Part shown: positions 59,113 through 64,000 of the stretch, piece after piece
Position numbering within the stretch: the stretch's first letter is position 1
How the letters are laid out: each line of letters begins with the position of its first letter
Assembly: GCA_951406725.2 (NCBI GenBank)
Contig: OX597838.1
Span: forward strand, 9,238,001 to 9,302,000
Origin: Octopus vulgaris
Lineage: Eukaryota
DNA: 64,000 nucleotides
Direction of reading: 5' to 3'
Translations under genes and position numbers: made by a program
Notes under the pieces: model-generated
What the model saw: the letters and a program-made list of their open reading frames with translations, nothing else
The model's database searches: none
Told to the model about the DNA's origin: nothing

Positions 59113-59881
59113 TTTGTATTATTTTTATTTTGTTTTATTGCATTTATTTTGGACGGGGTGTTGGCGTTGGGTGTGCTGAAAGAGCATAGTTCATAGCTGT
59201 TTGTAGGCCCTCGTTTTCGTTCAGGTTTGTTGTAGGTTTCGAACTAGTAACTGCATGATACGTAAACGCCCATCCATTTCCCTGCTTTCATGTTGGAAGA
59301 GAGAGAGAGAGAGAAGAGAAAAGGGCATCGGCCACAAGCTGCGAAGGAATTCTCTTCTTGACGCTTCCTGGTTGGTCTGAAGTTGGCCTTACCTAAAGAA
59401 ATGAGGAGAAAGGGGAGGAGGGGAAAGAGGAGGAGGAGGAGGAGGAGAAAGCGGAGGAGGAGAAAGAGGGAATGAGAAAGAGGAGGAGGAGGAGGCCGAG
59501 AAGGAGCAAGAGGAGGGGGATGGAGACGAGGAGGAAGAGGAAGAGGAGATGGAGGAGGAGCAGGAGCAGGAGCAGGAGGAAGAGGAGGAGTATGAAGCCG
59601 AGAAGGAGCAGGTGGGGGAAGAGGATTATGAAGAAGAGGAGATGGAGGAGGAGGGGTGGAGGAGAAAGTGGATGATGATGAGGATGATGATGAGGCGGGT
59701 CTTTTACTGGAATGATAACCTTATTTGTTGACCCAGATTGTGTGAAAATCAAATTAACCTCAGTAGGATTTGAACTTAGATCCAAGTGCAGACAGCTGAA
59801 ATGGATATCACAAGACCACGCGGTTTATGCATGTATGATATACATACATAAGTGTGTGTATATATATATATATATATATAT

Positions 59882-60127
59882 GCCTTGTGAGTGGATTTGG
59901 TAGACGGAAACTGAAAGAAGCCTGTCGTATATATGTATATATATATGTATGCGTGTGTTTGTGTGTCTGTGTTTGTCCCCCTAGCATTGCTTGACAACCG
60001 ATGCTGGTGTATTTAGGTCCCCGTCACTTATCGGTTCGGCAAAAAGAGACCGATAGAATAAGTACTAAAAGGTGGTGCTCCAGCATGGCCGCAGTCAAAT
60101 GACTGAAACAAGTAAAAGAGTAAAGAG
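59882..60127 (+). mobile_element. SINE family A, 5'-truncated with internal deletion
   Basis: gccttgtgagtggatttgg..agaataagtact|aaaaggtggtgctccagc. Confidence 0.88.
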
Positions 60128-60370
60128 TATATACACACACACACACAAACACTCACATATACACATACATGCACATTCACACACTCTGTCTCACATTTAT
60201 CTGAATTTCCATACTCAAGTATACATGTATACATATTCATATTCATTATGTTATCAACATGTATAAACATGCATAAATGCACACTTGCGACCGCAAATAC
60301 ACATAAGTGCATGCATATATCTATATCTATATCTATCTATCTATCTATCTATCAATCTATCTATCTATCA

Positions 60371-60401
<31 letters not shown>

Positions 60402-60446
60402 AATCTATCTATCTATCAATCTATCTATCTATCTATCTATCTATCA

Positions 60447-60485
<39 letters not shown>

Positions 60486-60486
60486 A

Positions 60487-60595
<109 letters not shown>

Positions 60596-60681
60596 GTGGA
60601 TGAGAAAGGAGAGACAAAAAGAAGTAGTTGGAAAAAAAGAGAGTCAGAGAGTTTTTCTGGAACACTGTAATTATTAAGTTA

Positions 60682-61031
60682 TTAAAATCCCTTATTTAAA
60701 AATCCTATCTTCAAAAAGTCCGTAAGCCATTTAAAACGCCATGGATGATACAAAATAATTTATTTTTTTCACTGTTTCACATTTAAATTCGTTTCTAACT
60801 CTTAAATATAAAGGTTTTATGCCCTATAAACCAAACTGTTAATGTATATAATGTGTAAATAGGATTTAAGATTTATTAATTTCATAGAGCATAATGCCTG
60901 AATATTTTAGAAGTAAAAAGAAATTTAATGTAAAGTACGGACAATATATATTATTTTGTATCCACCATGGTATTTGAAACCATGTACTAACGTTTTGAAG
61001 ATATAGATTTTAAAATCATATGGAATTTTAA
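60682..61031. repeat. old diverged fold-back palindrome (~150-bp arms)
   Basis: aaaatcctatcttcaaaa..ccatggatgatacaaaataat..ttatgccctat / atagagcataa..attattttgtatccaccatgg..ttttgaagatatagatttt. Confidence 0.75.
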
Positions 61032-61119
61032 ATTGCCACACCGTTTCATTAAAATCCTATGGAATTTTAAAATGCCAAACCGTTTCAAGTATATAACGAG
61101 CTGACATAATTGTTAATGG

Positions 61120-61870
61120 GGTCGGGCAGAATGCTTAGCAGTTTCCAACGTTCTGAGTTCAAATACCGTCGAGGTCGACTTCATACCGTTACTCCTTTTC
61201 GGGATCGATAAAATAAGTACCAGTTGAATACTGGGGGTCGATGTAATCGACTGCCCTCCTCCCTATTCCTGGTCTTGTGTCTATAGTAGAAAGAATTATA
61301 TGCTGCCTTATAAGGCGCCGAGATGGAAGAGTGGTTAGTAGCCTGCACAGTATTATTCTTTGCGTTCTGAGTTGAAATTCTGCCGGGATTGACTTAGCGT
61401 TTTATTCTTTCGGTGTCGATAAAATAAATACCAGTCGAGCACCGGGGTTCATGTAATCGATTTACCTCCTTCTGTAAAATTACTAACCTTGTACCGTATA
61501 TTTTAATTCCTTATATATTGTTAGTATACTTAGCGTGAAATATGAGGCGGCGAGCTGGCAGAAACGTTAGCACGCCGGGCGAAATGCGTAACCGTATTTC
61601 GTTTGCCGTTACGTTCTGGGTTCAAATTCCGCCGAGGTTGACTTTGCCTTTCATCCTTTCGGAGTCGATAAATTAAGTACCAGTTACGTACTGGGGTCGA
61701 TTAGATCAAGTTAATCCCTTTGTCTGTCCTTGTTCGTCTCTATGTTTAGCCCCTTGTGGGCAATAAAGAAATAAGAATCGTTAGCACACCGAGAAAAATT
61801 GTTTCTGAGTTCGATATAATTGACTATACTCCTTTCCTAAAATTCCAGGCCTTGTGCTTATAGTAGAAAG
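61120..61870 (+). mobile_element. cluster of at least three family C SINEs
   Basis: Repeated cgttctgagttcaaat..gtcgataaa..taccag..ggggtcgat. Confidence 0.85.
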
Positions 61871-62526
61871 TATATTGCTATGTAATTTAAATCTGAAACT
61901 CCGTAATGGTATACGGTTGGCTAGCTGTCAAAACATTATGTCCCTTGAGAATGGAACTACCATTATGATTGTTCCACGTGTTCTTCTCAATCCGTGAGAT
62001 ATGCTTGATCAGTCCAAGAGCCCGCACTTTACAATGCAACTATCATATGAGCTTCAACAAGCCTCTGAGACAAATCTTCGGAGGTGTGGAAGTTGAGAAC
62101 CTACAACTCCATGTTTCTCTGATGGCCAGATACATGTTACATCTTAATGTGTTAGGACATAGAGATCTTTTCATCAGAATCCCGAACAGTAGAACAAAAA
62201 ATATTGTATACCTCAAAACACGTGATGGACAAAGCACACTTCTTTTAGAATTGGTTTTGTTTTGCATATCATTTGAGACTTGCAAAGAAATTATAAAGAT
62301 TATATTTTATTAAGTCATAAATTTAAAATGTCTCACATTAATGTCTCACACATCATAGAAAGCTGGAAAAAAAAGTCAGCTATAAACTTGTGTTTGCACC
62401 ACAATATATCAAAATAATATATCTAAATATAATAGCTTAAAATTTCGGCACAAGATCAGCAATTATGAAGGAAAGAGTAAGTTGACTACATCTACTCCAC
62501 TGTTCAAATGGTATTTATTTGATCAT

Positions 62527-63065
62527 CTGAGTTCAAATTCCGCCGAGGTCGACTTTGCCTTTCATCCTTTCGGGGGTCGATTAAATAAGTACCAGTTACG
62601 CACTGGGGTCGATATAATCGACTTAATCCGTTTGTCTGTCCTTGTTTGTCCCCTCTGTGTTTAGTCCCTTGTGGGTAGTAAAGAAATAGGTATTTCGCCC
62701 GCCGCTATAAAGGCGGCGAGCTGGCAGAAACGTTAGCATGCCGGGCGAAATGCTTTGCCGTATTTCGTTTGCCGTTACGTTCTGAGTTCAAATTCCGCCG
62801 AGGTCGACTTTGCCTTTCATCCTTTCGGGGGTCGATTAAATAAGTACCAGTTACGCACTGGGGTCGATATAATCGACTTAATCCGTTTGTCTGTCCTTGT
62901 TTGTCCTCTCTGTGTTTAGCCCCTTGTGGGTAGTAAAGAAATAGGTATTTATTTGATCGAGTCTGAAAGGATGAAAGTGAAACTCGACCTCGACAGAATT
63001 TGAACTCAGAACGTAAAGTGCCGTTAGAAATCTCGTAAAGTATATTAACCGACTCAGCTAACGAT
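62527..63065 (+). mobile_element. family C SINEs (62527-62706 plus, 62711-62950 plus, ~62950-63065 minus)
   Basis: Two near-identical young bodies followed by an inverted older fragment. Confidence 0.88.
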
Positions 63066-63497
63066 TTTCTCATAAAAAATAAACACTCATAAAAATCATA
63101 ACAAATAATTTAAGTTTATATATGAAAATAAATTTGTTTCGATGTATTCAGACCCCAGGCAACGGCAGACATTTCTGTTTGTTTGTGTATGTGTGTGTGT
63201 GTGTGTGTGTGTTTGTGTTGTATGTGTGTGTGTGTGTGTGTGTATGTATGTGTGTTTGTGATTGTTTGTGTGCTTGTGAGTGTATGTTTGGGAATATATT
63301 TGTGTGTGAGTATGTGTCTGTGTCTGTGTGTGATTGTAGGCGTCGGCTTTGCGAGCGAGTCGACGAATAAATGAGTGAAAAATATTTGAAGGACAGAAGT
63401 AAAAGTGGGAGGAGAGTGAATCGGTAAGAGGGAAAGGGAGTAGGAAAAAGATGTAGAGGGGGAAGAGAGAGAGAGAGAGTGGGTGACTGAGAGATAG

Positions 63498-63552
<55 letters not shown>

Positions 63553-64000
63553 AATAGTGAAAAAACAAAGGTCGAAAAATCGAAGTGACTTCGATAGATG
63601 GAAATGGGAATATCTTAGAGGTGAAGGAAAAGGGGGAATGAAAGAACGAAAGAGGGTGATGAAGATGAAGATGAAGGCGATAGAGCGGCGTTCATGTTCA
63701 ACTTTCCGCCATGCTGAGTTTTATGAGGAGAACAGCCATGAACGCGTGGAACCGACTAAAAGTGCAACAGGAATATATACATGGAATGTATATATTATTG
63801 AGTGCAAGTGTACTAATGCCGGTGATCGTAAACCTGTGACGCAGTATCGATGTTTAATCTGTTGTAAATTGCAAAGGGGTCAAAATAACAAATTGGCAGA
63901 TGAGGGGCTGAACGTTAAGATGGATTTGCCGTTCGATGTTTGAGTTTGAGATCTGAGTTCGAACCCTACTGATGTTAACGTCGGCCATTTACACCCTTCG

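Noticed and set aside
61900-62320. Possible decayed retrotransposon coding sequence (ORF 61969-62313)
   Set aside because: Only vague motif resemblance; not assignable by eye.

Overview
Repeat-saturated, AT-rich animal DNA with no host protein-coding exon that I can support. The SINE families and extreme microsatellite density look like an octopus or other coleoid cephalopod intron or intergenic region (inference). Nearly all listed ORFs are translated microsatellites. Contents: dozens of copies of at least four tRNA-headed SINE families; fragments of CR1-group, R4/Dong-like and Penelope-like retroelements; Tc1/mariner, hAT, piggyBac-type and Helitron remnants or MITEs; and a ~560-bp antisense 28S rRNA fragment. 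The most interesting signal is about a dozen sequence-diverse type I hammerhead-ribozyme motifs (stem I-CYGANGA-stem II-GAAA-mostly palindromic stem III-UH-stem I). They lie in short elements that mostly sit in or next to microsatellites. Two elements are fold-back palindromes with a hammerhead in each arm, one motif has a U3-A8 compensatory core, and one lies downstream of a tRNA-like Pol III head. Six further fold-back palindromes lack a recognisable hammerhead. All structures were read by eye; coordinates of degraded elements are approximate.
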